Origin: an uncultured Gemmatimonadales bacterium
Lineage (GTDB): Bacteria > Gemmatimonadota > Gemmatimonadetes > Longimicrobiales > RSA9
Assembly: GCA_963798085.1 (NCBI GenBank)
Contig: CAWCRS010000003.1
Location: 1,036,690 to 1,100,689 of the forward strand
Direction: 5' to 3'
DNA length: 64,000 nucleotides
Each line of letters begins with the position of its first letter. Within the stretch, counting starts at the first letter, position 1. The position numbers and the translations under genes are program-made. Positions 1 to 12,116 of the stretch are shown here, piece after piece. A model generated the notes under the pieces. It had not been told where the DNA came from, made no database searches, and saw only the letters and a list, made by a program, of their open reading frames with translations.

Positions 1-623
1 CTCTCTGCGCGCGCGGCCGGGCCATCGGCAAGGCGAACGCGCACGATGTCATCCGTGCCGAAACGATCGGAGGAGAAGTAGAGCACGCCGTCGCGCGTGA
101 CCGACGCGTGCATGTCCTTCGAGCCGGGCATGCGCACAGGCGAAGGCGCGACTGCGGGTGCGGACCAGGCGCCGTCCGGTCCTCGCTGCACGAGCCACAG
201 GTTGTAGTCCGTGATCGTGTCCTTCCCGGCGAGCGGTCGATTCGACGAAAACCAGAGCTGGCTGCCATCGGGCGAGAAGCGCGGTGCGCGATCGCCCCAG
301 CGGCCGGAGAACGCGACCGGACGTGGTTCCTGCCAGTCACTCTCGCCTTCACCCGCAGCGGCGCGCATGACGGTCTGCCGATTGAAATCCTTGTCGTACA
401 CGCTGAACCAGAGCGAGCCGTCGCGCGGATCGATCGCCGGGAACGTCTCGTTGCGGTCGGTCGAGATCACGCCCGGTTGCACCAGCTCGGGCCCGGCTGC
501 GTCCGACGCTGCAACCGCAGCAACCGTCGAGACTGTCGACGCAGTGTTCGTGGCGGGAGCGCCGGAACCGCGCGTGCAGGCGAGTGCCAGGAGCAAAGCG
601 AGAACCGGGCGCCGCAGCGACAT
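1..623 (-). CDS. TolB/PD40 (WD40-like) beta-propeller lipoprotein, runs off the left edge
   Basis: Manual minus-strand translation MSLRRPVLALLLALAC...PGVISTDRNETFPAIDPRDGSLWFS...DRAPRFSPDGSQLWFSSNRP: lipobox-like Cys and PD40-type 'P.FSPDG..L.FSSNR' motif. Confidence 0.75.
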   Translation of the reverse strand, partial: MSLRRPVLALLLALACTRGSGAPATNTASTVSTVAAVAASDAAGPELVQPGVISTDRNETFPAIDPRDGSLWFSVYDKDFNRQTVMRAAAGEGESDWQEPRPVAFSGRWGDRAPRFSPDGSQLWFSSNRPLAGKDTITDYNLWLVQRGPDGAWSAPAVAPSPVRMPGSKDMHASVTRDGVLYFSSDRFGTDDIVRVRLADGPAARAE

Positions 624-709
624 CCATGCCTCGCAGCAGAAGGGAGCATCGAGTACACGGAACGCCGCGCGTAGATCCGGCGCGCGTCGCACGACACAGC
701 AGGAACGTT

Positions 710-937
710 CTAGAACACGCTGCGCAGCAGCAGCAGGAATCCCACGATGATCAGCGGTACGCCAATGGGCAGCAGGATCACCGTGATGGAGAGCAGGAAG
801 CCGACGCAGAGCAGGGTCAGTCCGAGGACGACCCCGACCAGGCGGCCGGTGAGGCCCAGAATGAAGGCCAGCAGGTCCCAGAGAGCGGCGATGGGCCAGA
901 AGATCCAGGGCGCCGATGCGCGAGCGCTTCTACTCAT
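710..937 (-). CDS. small hypothetical membrane protein
   Basis: 75 aa, almost entirely hydrophobic, co-oriented with neighbours. Confidence 0.7.
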   Translation of the reverse strand: MSRSARASAPWIFWPIAALWDLLAFILGLTGRLVGVVLGLTLLCVGFLLSITVILLPIGVPLIIVGFLLLLRSVF

Positions 938-1049
938 CGTTCATCCGTTGCCAGTGTGGCTCCAGCCGCAGGCGGGCAGATGCGCCGCGCCGCCATCGCG
1001 GTCACGTCATCAGTACGCGCGCAGACGGCCGCGGTTTCCGGCGACCGGC

Positions 1050-3713
1050 TCAGTCGGAGCGCAACGCGGCAATGGCCTCCACTTTCGCCGCGCGCAGCGC
1101 GGGCAGTGCGCTCGCCAGCACGGCGGCCAGCAGCAGCAGCAGCGTCACGGTCGCCAGCGTCAGCGGGTCGGTGGCAGTAACACCGAACAGCAGATTATCG
1201 AGCACGCGCGTGCTGGCCAGTGCGGCCAGCGTGCCCAGCGCCACGCCCGCCACAGTCAACCGCACACCCTCACCCACGACCATGCGCACCAGGCCGGCGG
1301 CGGTGGCGCCCAGCGCAGTGCGCACGCCCAGCTCGCGCGTGCGCTGCGCCACCGTGTACGAGACGAGACCGTAGATGCCCACCGCGCCCAGCAGCAGGGC
1401 ACAGAGCGCAAGGATGCCGAGCAGCGATGTGGCCGAGCGACGCTGCTCGCCGATGCTGCGTGCGGCCAGATCGGCCAGCGTCGTAACCTGGAATACGGGC
1501 AGGTCCGGATCGAGCGCGTGCACCTGATTGCGCACCAGCGGGAGCATGCGCAGCGGCTCGGCCGCGCGCAGCACGACCGTCAGCTGGCTGATGGGCAGAC
1601 CCGAAGTCAGGCCGCCGCTGGCCCAGGGCCAGTAGAGTGTGGGTCGGGACGGGTGTTCCGGCCCGAACTCGCTCAGGTCGCTCACCACGCCCACGATCTC
1701 GAACGTCGCGCCGCCATCAGGGAAGCCCACACGACGGCCCAGTGCATCGCCCTCAGGGAACAGCAGGCGGGCTAACGCCTCGCTAACCACCGCCACACCG
1801 GCGCCGCGGCGCATGTCCGCGTCCTGCAGGAGCCGTCCGGAGCGCAGACGGATGCCGACGGCGGCAAAGAATCCCGGCGTCGCCTCACGCATTTCCACGA
1901 GCGTGGGCCGCACATCCCGGCCGGGCAGCACGATTTCACCATTGGTGCCGCCGGCCAGCGGCCGCCGGGTGGTCGCACCCACCGCTTCCACGCCCGGTGT
2001 CGCGGCCAGGGAGCCGAGGAGCGAATTGTAAAAGCCTGTTATCGCCTCGGCGGAGCCATAGCGGGCGGCAGGCAGTCCAATGTCGAAGATGAGCGCGCCG
2101 CGCGCGCCAATGCCGAGGTCGATACGCGACAGCTGGCGCGTCGTGCGCAGCAGCAGGCCGGCGCCCGCAGCCAGCATCACGGCCAACGCGATTTCCGTCA
2201 CGACCAGCCCCCGCCGCATGCCCTGCCGGCCGCCCGCAGTACCGCGACCACCGGCGCGCAGGCCGCCGCGCAAAGCGCCGCCACGCAGCTGCAGCGCGGG
2301 CAACAGTCCGACCAGCAGCCCGGCGAGCAGGGAGAGCAGCGCGGCGAACAGCAGCACGACGCCATCCATGCGGATGGCGTCCGCGCGCGGAATCGTGCGC
2401 GGGTACAGGCGCAGCAACAGGCGAGTTGCCCACAGCGAGAACAGCAATCCACCCAGGCCGCCGGCCAGCGCGAGCACCAGGCTCTCGGCCACGAAGTGGC
2501 GCAGGATCCGCAAACGTCCGGCGCCCAGAGCCGCGCGCACCGCCAGCTCGTGCCGCCGGTCCTGCGTGCGCGCAATGGCCAGGCCCGCAACGTTGACGCA
2601 CGCAATGAGCAGCAGCAGCAGTGTGCCGCCCGCGAACAGATTCAGCAGGCGACGACTCCTCGCCACGCTCCACTCGCTGAATGAGCCGACCGCGCTGCTC
2701 CAGCCTTCGTTCGCCTGCGGATAATCCGCCGCCAGCCGTGCGAACAGCGTTTCCAGTTCAGACCTGCCCTGCTCGACCGTCACACCAGGCCGCAGCCGGC
2801 CGACACCATTGATCCTGCGGGCGCGACGCGTGGACCGCAGCTGCGCATCCCAGTGGAACGGCGTCCAGAGGCGAGGCGACGAGGGAAAGGCGAGGGCGCG
2901 CGGTAACACGCCAATAACAAGGTGCGGCACCTGGTCCACGATGACGCTATGGCCGACCACCGATGCATCCGCACCGAACTGCTCGCGCCACAATTCCTCG
3001 CTCAACAGCACCACCGGCTGGGCGCCCGGCAGGTCATCGGCGGCAGCGAGGTCACGGCCGAGCAGCGGGTGCACACCGAGCAGCCCGAAGAAGCCGGGCG
3101 ACACGTTCATGCCCAGGATTCGCTGCGGGCCGAGCGCGCCGGTCACGTTGTACTGAGTGTAGCCGAACGCTTCCAGACCGGCGAACTGATGCGCACGCTC
3201 GCGGAGATCCAGGAAGTTGGGCACCGACATGGATGAATAGGCGACCGGCGAATCCTTCAGGCCGCGATCGCCGATGCGCACGAGCTGCTCGGGGTGCGCG
3301 TACGGCAGCGGCCGCAGAAGCGCACCCCACAACACCGTGAAGATGGCCGTGCCCGCGCCCGTGCCGAGTGCGAGGGTGCCGGCCGCCGCCAGCGTGTACG
3401 CGGGTCGGCGCAGCAGCGCCCGCGCCGCCTGCCGCGCATCCAGAAGCCACGCGTCCAGCATGATGTCACTCCGTTTGCGTTTTTCGTGCGGCAACACCGC
3501 ATTGCGGCGCAGCCAGCGCCAGGCGCGCGCGCCGAGATAACCGGCTGTCAGGCTGATCGCGACGGCGAGGAACCAGAGCGGCCGCAGCGCGAGCGGGCGG
3601 AAACGGGTGTAGTCCTCGTGCAGATCGCCCAGAATGCTGTCCGCGAGTGTCGCATCACGAGGCAGACTCCAGCGCACCAGCGCCAGCAGCCAGCGCGGCG
3701 GTCCAGCACTCAC
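1050..3713 (-). CDS. ABC transporter permease, duplicated MacB-PCD/FtsX (ADOP-type)
   Basis: Motifs TLALGTGAGTAIF, LLLIACVNVA, ELAVRAALGAGR, GIYGLVSYTVAQRTRELGVRTALGA; overlaps upstream PadR gene. Confidence 0.93.
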   Translation of the reverse strand: MSAGPPRWLLALVRWSLPRDATLADSILGDLHEDYTRFRPLALRPLWFLAVAISLTAGYLGARAWRWLRRNAVLPHEKRKRSDIMLDAWLLDARQAARALLRRPAYTLAAAGTLALGTGAGTAIFTVLWGALLRPLPYAHPEQLVRIGDRGLKDSPVAYSSMSVPNFLDLRERAHQFAGLEAFGYTQYNVTGALGPQRILGMNVSPGFFGLLGVHPLLGRDLAAADDLPGAQPVVLLSEELWREQFGADASVVGHSVIVDQVPHLVIGVLPRALAFPSSPRLWTPFHWDAQLRSTRRARRINGVGRLRPGVTVEQGRSELETLFARLAADYPQANEGWSSAVGSFSEWSVARSRRLLNLFAGGTLLLLLIACVNVAGLAIARTQDRRHELAVRAALGAGRLRILRHFVAESLVLALAGGLGGLLFSLWATRLLLRLYPRTIPRADAIRMDGVVLLFAALLSLLAGLLVGLLPALQLRGGALRGGLRAGGRGTAGGRQGMRRGLVVTEIALAVMLAAGAGLLLRTTRQLSRIDLGIGARGALIFDIGLPAARYGSAEAITGFYNSLLGSLAATPGVEAVGATTRRPLAGGTNGEIVLPGRDVRPTLVEMREATPGFFAAVGIRLRSGRLLQDADMRRGAGVAVVSEALARLLFPEGDALGRRVGFPDGGATFEIVGVVSDLSEFGPEHPSRPTLYWPWASGGLTSGLPISQLTVVLRAAEPLRMLPLVRNQVHALDPDLPVFQVTTLADLAARSIGEQRRSATSLLGILALCALLLGAVGIYGLVSYTVAQRTRELGVRTALGATAAGLVRMVVGEGVRLTVAGVALGTLAALASTRVLDNLLFGVTATDPLTLATVTLLLLLAAVLASALPALRAAKVEAIAALRSD

Positions 3714-4039
3714 TCGAGCACATCCTCCAGCCCTGACCAGAGCTGCTGCAGCATGCGTCGCGATCGGCGCAGGGCCGCGATGCCGCGCGCGCTGACCGTG
3801 AACAGCCGCCGCGCATGCCCGCCGCGTTCCGGCCCGCCCGCTTCAACCGACCAGCGCACATAACCCTTGGTTTCCAATCGCTCGAGCGTGCGATACAAGG
3901 CGCCTCGCGCCACCCGCCGCCCCGTCACGCGTCCCAGCTCCTCACGCAACGCCAGCGCCTGCGCCGCGTCGCCGAGCCGCAGCAGCGTGAGCAGCACCAG
4001 TTGCTCGAATTCTCCGATAACCGTGTTTCTTGGCATCAA
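3710..4039 (-). CDS. PadR-family transcriptional regulator
   Basis: GEFEQLVLL...GALYRTLERLETKGYV...ERGGHARRLFTV; adjacent to permease; ATG likely at 4036. Confidence 0.9.
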   Translation of the reverse strand: MMPRNTVIGEFEQLVLLTLLRLGDAAQALALREELGRVTGRRVARGALYRTLERLETKGYVRWSVEAGGPERGGHARRLFTVSARGIAALRRSRRMLQQLWSGLEDVLE

Positions 4040-4201
4040 TGACTACAATAGGGACATCGATGGGCGGCCGAGGGTTGCGGGGCTGGAGGTTGCCCAGGGG
4101 TGAGTGGGGGCCGGGCAGGGGAGGCAGGAGCTGTGGCTCGGGGGGTTGTGGTGGCTGGTATGCGGGGCGCCGCCTTGAGGTGGGGGAGGGAGGGCGCAGA
4201 G

Positions 4202-4317
4202 GAGGACGCGAGAGAGTGAGGACGCGAGAGTGAGGACGCGAGAGTGAGGACGCGAGAGTGAGGACGCAAGGAAGCGCGCGGACCAGGGCCCAAAGGCGGG
4301 CGAGAGTGAGGACGCGA
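4202..4317. repeat. 14-bp tandem repeat GAGAGTGAGGACGC (about 4.5 contiguous copies plus one detached copy)
   Basis: Read directly at 4202-4267 and about 4301-4317. Confidence 0.9.
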
Positions 4318-4505
4318 GGGAGGGTTGGACCAGGGGGTGGCAGTGGAGGGCGCGGAGGAGTCGGAGAACGACTGTTCTCACACGGTGGACACAGGGTCAA
4401 CGGAGGGGCGTGTTTCCTTGGAGGGTGAGGGGGAATGAGGTGAGCGGGAATGAGGTGGGGGTCTGGAGGGAGGTCTGTGGTTTCGAGTGTCGGGGCGGAT
4501 GCCGA

Positions 4506-4653
4506 TATCGGACCGTCTTGGCGTTCTTTCCTTATGTCGACTATCGCTATCCAGCGGGCCCGCGCGGGAATCCAAAGTGGCAGGTCGATTGGCAACGGAG
4601 TCGGTGTCATGCTGGAGCACGCCACAACGCAAGAACGCCAAGACGGTCCGATA
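4506..4653. repeat. palindromic intergenic element, copy 1 (MITE/REPIN-like)
   Basis: Perfect 23-bp terminal inverted repeat TATCGGACCGTCTTGGCGTTCTT ... AAGAACGCCAAGACGGTCCGATA. Confidence 0.88.
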
Positions 4654-4873
4654 ACAGGGCAATTCCTTTCCATACTATATCGCGATCCGTCACAGTTGGC
4701 GGGGTGTCCGTCACGCAGGGGTGTGCAGAATTGCGTGGGCGGGCGAAGTTGGGCACGCGGTGGAGCGGGCCGGCCATTGCGGGGGCTGCGTACGGTGTGG
4801 TGGTGATGGGGTCGGGATCGTCTGGCGGGTTCCTGCAGGGGTGAAGAAACGGCGATCGAATGCGGAGGCAGGC

Positions 4874-7343
4874 ATGGGTGAGTTGCTGGCGGATGTCCGG
4901 TATGCGCTGCGCACGATGCGGCGGAGTCCGGGCTTTGCTGTGGTCGCGGTACTGACGCTGGCGCTGGGCATTGGCGCGAACAGCGCGATCTTCAGTGTGG
5001 TGAACGGTGTCGTGCTGAAGCCGCTGCCGTACGCGGTACCGGACCGGCTGGTATCGCTGGCCACTCAGTTTCCCAGCCTGGGTTTCGATCGCTTCTGGTT
5101 TTCGCCGCCGGAGTATTTCGAGCTGGGGGAGTGGAGCCACTCGCTGGAGACGATCGGCGGGTACCGCACGGGCATTCTCTAGTGTGGGTGGCATTGAGCG
5201 GCCGGTGCGCGTGACATTGGCGATTGCGACGGCGGGGTTCTTCCGCACGCTCGGTGTGAGTGCCGAGCTGGGGCGAGCTTTCACGCGGGAAGAGGACATG
5301 CCTAACGCGGCGCCAGTGGTGGTGCTGTCGCACGAGCTGTGGCAGAGCGCGTTCGCGGGGGACCGCGCGATCGTGGGCCAGAACGCAATGGTGAACGGTG
5401 TGCAGCGCCAGGTCGTGGGCGTGATGCCGCGCGGCTTCGACATTGAGGATGCAGGCGTGCAGCTGTGGGTGCCGACGGGTCTGGATCCGGCGCAGCGCAC
5501 GAACAATCGCGGCAGTCATTTCCTGAACGTGGTGGGTCGCCTGCGGGCGGGCAGCAGCCTGGAGCAGGCGAGGACGGAGATGGAGGCGTTGCTGCAGCGG
5601 TGGCACAACGAGCTGGGCGGTACGACGCACGCGCCTGATCCCGAGCGCCACCGCATTGTGATCAATTCGCTGCGCGGCGAGCTGATCGGGCCGGTGCGGC
5701 GAGCGCTCTTCCTGCTGCTGGGCGCAGTGGGCTTTGTGTTGCTCATCGCGTGCGCGAACATGGCGAATCTGCAGCTGGCGAGGGCGGAGTCACGTCAGAC
5801 GGAGATCGCGGTGCGCGCGGCCATGGGCGCGGGCCGGCAGCGGCTGGTACGGCAGTTCCTGACGGAAGCGATGTGTTATGCGCTGGTGGGCGGCGCTGTG
5901 GGTCTGGGTATGGCGGTGCTGGGCACGAAGCTGCTGCTGGCCGGGAGCGCGCACAGTGTGCCGCGCACGGCGGATATCAGCCTGGATGGCCGGGTGGTGC
6001 TGTTCACGCTGGCGGTGTCACTGCTGACCGGCATCCTGTTCGGGCTGGCGCCGCTGCTCAATCTCACGAATCGCAGCACCAACTCGGCATTGCGTGAGGG
6101 TGGCGCACGCGCCACGGCGAGCCGCGGTCGGCAGCGGCTGCGCCGGCTGCTGGTGGTGTCGGAGACTGCGCTCGCTGTGGTGCTGGCGGTGGGCTCGGCG
6201 CTGATGCTGCGCAGTTTTGCGGCGCTGCAGAGCGTGGATCCGGGATTCGACCCGCACAACCTGCTGACATTCGGGTTGTATCTGCCCGGCACCGCCTACC
6301 CCCACAACGAGGAGCAGGCCGGATTCTACACGCGGCTGGAGAGTCAGCTGAAGGCGCTGCCAGCAGTGACCGGTGTGGCCGCCATGAGCGGGCTGCCGCC
6401 ACGACGGAATGTGAACGCCAACGACATGGAGTTCGAGGGCTACGTGTTCGTGCCCAACTCGGGCAAGCCCGTGCCCAACGCGGACTACTGGCAGTACATA
6501 ACAGCGGATTATCTGGAGACGATGCAGATCCCGCTGGTGTCGGGTCGTGGGTTCCGCCCGGGCGATGATGCGACGGCGCCGCCGGTGGCGCTCATCAACG
6601 AGCGCCTGGCGAAGCTGTTCTATGCGGGCCAGGATCCCATCGGCCGGCGGCTGCGACCCGGATTCGGTCCCAACAACACGCCGCCGCCCTGGTTCACCAT
6701 TGTGGGTGTGGTGAAGGACGTGAAGCAGGGCGGCCTGGAGCAGCAGGCCGGCAGCGAGGTGTATTTCCACTACCCGCAGGTGGGGCCGATCATCGGTATT
6801 CCACGCACCATGAACGTCGTGGTGCGCACGACACGCCCGCCGCTCGGGCTGCTGGACGCAGTGCGGGCCGAGGTGCGCGCCATCGATCCGCAGCTGCCAA
6901 TGTCGAGCCCCGGTGACATGGAATCCGTGCTGGGCGCTTCCATCGCGCGGCCCCGCTTCCTGACACTGCTGTTAGGCATCTTCGCGGCTGTCGCGCTTTC
7001 GCTCGCGGCCGTGGGCACGTACGGCGTGATGTCCTACTCGGTAACGCAGCGCCGGCTGGAGCTGGGCGTGCGCATGGCGCTGGGCGCGGGTGCGCGTGGC
7101 GTGCTGGGTCTCGTTCTGGGACAGGGGCTGGCCGTGGCCGGCGTCGGCCTGCTGCTCGGTGTGGGCGGTTCCTTCGCACTCAGCCGGCTGCTGCGCTCGC
7201 TGCTCTTCGAGGTGAAGACCACGGACGCCATCGCCTTCATCACCGCGCCTGCATTACTGGGCATCGTGGCCCTCGCCGCGTGCGCGATTCCCGCGTTGCG
7301 CGCGGCGAGGCTGGATCCCGCGAAAGTGCTGCGCCGGGAATAG
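4874..7343 (+). CDS. ABC transporter permease (ADOP-type) with a single frameshift near 5175
   Basis: [46 protein letters not shown] continues in the next frame (5184-7343) with typical permease motifs; one extra base at ggc[a]ttctct restores the frame. Confidence 0.88.
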
Positions 7344-7575
7344 GCCCGAGGCCCGGGCGCCCTCATGCGCAGGCGGAGCTTCATTGCGTCGCCCGTTCAG
7401 TCGCTGCCTCGGCGTGTCCTGACCTGAACGGGACGCAACCGGCAGCGCCAGTCCGCCGACGCACAACTCCTCCGGGACCCGGCGTCGGCGCATCGACGGG
7501 CATGCGGGTCAAGACCTTTTGCCCTGACGCTGTGCTTTCCGCCGGACCGGCGATCCGGCGCGAACCATGCGCGCA

Positions 7576-7584
7576 TGCTATAAT
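7576..7584 (+). promoter_or_regulatory. extended -10 promoter element TGnTATAAT
   Basis: Exact TGCTATAAT in a GC-rich intergenic region about 270 nt upstream of the 7851 gene. Confidence 0.45.
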
Positions 7585-7850
7585 GCTCACGGCACCACAC
7601 CTGTTCTCCCGCGGGTTGCGCAGGGCCGCGAGAGGGCGATCCACCCAGCAGGCAATTCAATCGAGCGCGACGGCACTCACTGCCGCGCGGTGCTTCGAGA
7701 CGATTCTCGACGCGAACCGCGTCGGTGACCCGCTGCTTTGCCATTTTCCGCATTGAGCGTGACTCGTAGCAGGTGATGCAACTGCCGGCCCGGCTCCCCT
7801 TGGCAGGCAGTCCTTTACGCGCCTGATGGCGCTACCCCCATGGAGGCACC

Positions 7851-8669
7851 ATGCGCATGGTTCAACGTCTCTTTCTGGCCCTGCTGTTGCTCGCAATCCC
7901 CGGCGGTTCCCTGCTGGCGCAGGGCATGCCGATCAAGCAGCCGAACCGGCTCATGATCTTCGTCGAGAGCCTGAAGCCGGGGACCGACACGGACCACGCG
8001 GTGAACGAGTCCGGCTGGCCGGCCGCGTACGCCAGAGCCAACTCGCCCTACTATTACCTGGCGCTTTCCTCCATGACCGGGCCCAGCGAGGTCTGGTTCG
8101 TGTCACCGTACGATTCCTACGCCGCCGAGGCGAAGCAAATGAAGACGGAGGGCGACGATGCCGCGTTGAACGCCGAGTTCGACCGGCTGGCGCGAGCCGA
8201 CGCGCAGTACCTCAGTGACACACAGTCGTTCGAGGCCATCGCGCGGCCGGACCTGAGCTACGGTCAATTCCCGGATCTCGGACTGGCGCGCTTCTTCGGC
8301 GTCACCCTGCTCCGCATCCGGATGGGCCATGGGGATGCATTCGAGGCCGCCGCCAAGGTCTACATGACCAACTTCAAGAGAGCGAATCCCAGCGGCAGCT
8401 ACCGCATGTACCAGGTCATCAACGGCATGCCGGGAGTGAATTATCTGGTGTTCTCGACCGTCAATGACTACGCAGCGCTGGACGCGGCCATGGCGGCCGA
8501 TAACGCCATGTTCCAGGGCATGAACCCGAAGGACATGGCCATGCTCCAGAAGTCGATGACCGACGACTTCCAGAATATCATCTCGAATCGCTACCGGCTG
8601 AGCCCGAGCATGTCCTACGTCTCCGCGGAGACGAAGGCGAAGGATCCGGCCTTCTGGAACAAACACTGA
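7851..8669 (+). CDS. secreted protein, possibly a duplicated NIPSNAP-like alpha/beta barrel
   Basis: GGAGG RBS, signal peptide MRMVQRLFLALLLLAIPGGSLLAQ, two internally similar halves. Confidence 0.75.
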   Translation: MRMVQRLFLALLLLAIPGGSLLAQGMPIKQPNRLMIFVESLKPGTDTDHAVNESGWPAAYARANSPYYYLALSSMTGPSEVWFVSPYDSYAAEAKQMKTEGDDAALNAEFDRLARADAQYLSDTQSFEAIARPDLSYGQFPDLGLARFFGVTLLRIRMGHGDAFEAAAKVYMTNFKRANPSGSYRMYQVINGMPGVNYLVFSTVNDYAALDAAMAADNAMFQGMNPKDMAMLQKSMTDDFQNIISNRYRLSPSMSYVSAETKAKDPAFWNKH

Positions 8670-8682
8670 GTCAGTTCTTCGT

Positions 8683-8713
8683 CCGGGGGCCCTTCCACGC
8701 GGAGGGCTCCCGG
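8683..8713 (+). terminator. GC-rich hairpin after stop codon, possible terminator
   Basis: ccgggggcccttcc-acgc-ggagggctcccgg 14 nt after the 8669 stop; no U-tract. Confidence 0.4.
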
Positions 8714-9230
8714 CGGTGGGTGCAAGTCTCTGACTTCCGCGAGCCCAGGGGTCAATGTGTCCGTGCGCAACAAATGTTGGCGAGCGCGCGAGACCTCACG
8801 ACGGCGGAGCGACTGCGGCCGGGCTGCGCGGAAGCCTGAAGGCGTATCGAGCAGACGTAGTCCGCTGCAGCCAAGATGCGCAGGTGGAGGCAGTGCCAGC
8901 CCGGCCTCGACAGCGTCAGCGCACGCCCGGATGATCGCCCTGGCCAGGCCTGTGGCCGGGTGCTTCTGGCAAGATCCGGTCTGGCTGGCACATTACCTGC
9001 TGCTGCGTGTAGCACAGTTCGCGGCGTTCTGCTGGTTCGATCCGATTTCGTCCCACAACCCCGCCACTATTGAACCGGAGCGACCGCGCGGCAGACCCCA
9101 CCCGGGTTTCCTCTCGAGAACATCCGATCAGCGTGGCGACTCGCCGCCCGGTGACAGCGAAATGCGCTGTTACCATGGCACTCGCGCAGGAATGACCTGC
9201 GCGTCGCCACACCCATGAACAAAGGGAACA

Positions 9231-10481
<1,251 letters not shown>

Positions 10482-10505
10482 GCCACTAACGCGGCGTCAG
10501 GCGGG

Positions 10506-11906
10506 TCAGGGCGTGCCGCCGCCGTTCCCGCCACCGCGGCCGGCGCGTCCCCCGCGATCGCCGCCGCGGCCGACGGGGGGCTGCGGCCCGCCGTGGAAGA
10601 ACTGGCCGGGCGTCATGATGCCGTTCTGCTTGAACACCATGCCGTCCTTCATGACGAATTGCACGTTGCGCAGCGCGTCGATGTCAGCGAGCGGATTGCC
10701 CTGCACTGCGATGAGGTCGGCGAGCAGCCCGGCCCGGATGGGGCCGCGCGTGTTCTCGGTCTGCGCCACGCGGTAGCCGTTCACGGTCATGGCGCGCAGG
10801 ATATCCACGTTCGGAATCTTCGCATCCTTCCATGTCGTCAGGAACTCGATCGCCACCTCGCCCCGGGTCCTGCCGGGCACGAAGTAGTCGGCATCCGTGG
10901 AGAATGCCAGCAACACCTTGTTATCGTATGCGTTCTTCAGCAGTTCGACCGTACGCTGGTAGCGCTGCGGACTGGTGTGGCCGGTGAGCGTGATGGGGGT
11001 CTCCGTGCCACAGCGCCAGATGCCTTTCTGCGCCATCAGCTTGTGGATCTCGTCGGTCATGCCGTTGTCGTGGGCAATGGACCAGATGCCGGCCTCGACC
11101 GCGCGCCGGGCGCCAGCGACGGTCTGCACGTGGCCCTCCACCTTGAGTCCGGCCTTCGCCGCCTCCGCAATGACGAGCCTGATGTCGTCTACCGAGTAGC
11201 CCCATGGCTTGCAGTCGACGCAGATCTTGATGACACGCGCACCGAACAGCTCGTTCTGGCGCACCGCCTTCACGATCTCGTCAGGCGTGTCCGCGTCGAG
11301 GTATTCGGGATACACGATGTCGTGCTGCTTCGCCATCTCCGGCGTGGGCGAGAACTGGCCGCCCATGCCGCCGATGATGATGCCGGAGTTGATGATCGTG
11401 GGCCCGGGGATCCAGCCCTGCTCGATGGCCTGGCGCAGCGCCGTGTCGGCATAGTTGCCGTTGTTGCCCATGTCACGCACGATGGTGAAGCCGGCGGCCA
11501 GCATCTGCATGCCGTTCGATGCCGCCTGGATGGCGCGCAGCGGCGTCGAGTCCAGCACGTACGTCAGGTAGTAGTTGTTGTTCTCGGGCACTTCCTTGTA
11601 GGTAAGCGCGAGATGGTTGTGTGCATCGACGAGCCCGGGCAGCACCGTGAGCTGCGAGAGGTCGATCACCTGCGCGCCCGCGGGAATCGGGACATTGGGT
11701 CCGATGGCCGTGAAGCGCGCGTTCTCGACCACGATCACCTGGTTGCTGAGCACGGTGCCCGCCTCCGGGTCGATCAGGCGACCCGCGCGAATCACGATCG
11801 GGGCGGGCGAGGCCTGAGGCACCGCCTGCGCCGCGAGATGCGACGTCGAAGCGAACAGCAGGACTGCGAGACTGCGCAGCCGTCGACACCACGATGCGAG
11901 TTTCAT
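10506..11906 (-). CDS. amidohydrolase family protein (secreted)
   Basis: LPGLVDAHNH metal motif, GFTIVRDMG, FSTDAD, ADLIAVQGNPLADI; signal peptide. Confidence 0.9.
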   Translation of the reverse strand: MKLASWCRRLRSLAVLLFASTSHLAAQAVPQASPAPIVIRAGRLIDPEAGTVLSNQVIVVENARFTAIGPNVPIPAGAQVIDLSQLTVLPGLVDAHNHLALTYKEVPENNNYYLTYVLDSTPLRAIQAASNGMQMLAAGFTIVRDMGNNGNYADTALRQAIEQGWIPGPTIINSGIIIGGMGGQFSPTPEMAKQHDIVYPEYLDADTPDEIVKAVRQNELFGARVIKICVDCKPWGYSVDDIRLVIAEAAKAGLKVEGHVQTVAGARRAVEAGIWSIAHDNGMTDEIHKLMAQKGIWRCGTETPITLTGHTSPQRYQRTVELLKNAYDNKVLLAFSTDADYFVPGRTRGEVAIEFLTTWKDAKIPNVDILRAMTVNGYRVAQTENTRGPIRAGLLADLIAVQGNPLADIDALRNVQFVMKDGMVFKQNGIMTPGQFFHGGPQPPVGRGGDRGGRAGRGGGNGGGTP

Positions 11907-12116
11907 GGGCGCGCCTCGGCGTGACCGTTGTCGTGAGCGGATCGCCTGTGCGGGTCAGGCGACGATGGGTGGTCCGGGTTGCCTGAGACTATCGAGCCAA
12001 CGGCCCACCGCAAGATCGCTGCAGTGGAACGCAGGCGGGGCGCTCACAGCCAGCACCACCGCCGCGAACCGCACGTGGCTGTGTCGCCTGCAACAGGCTG
12101 TTCTCCGACGAGCCGG

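Noticed and set aside
4202..4317. CRISPR-like short repeats
   Set aside because: Contiguous 14-bp units with no spacers.
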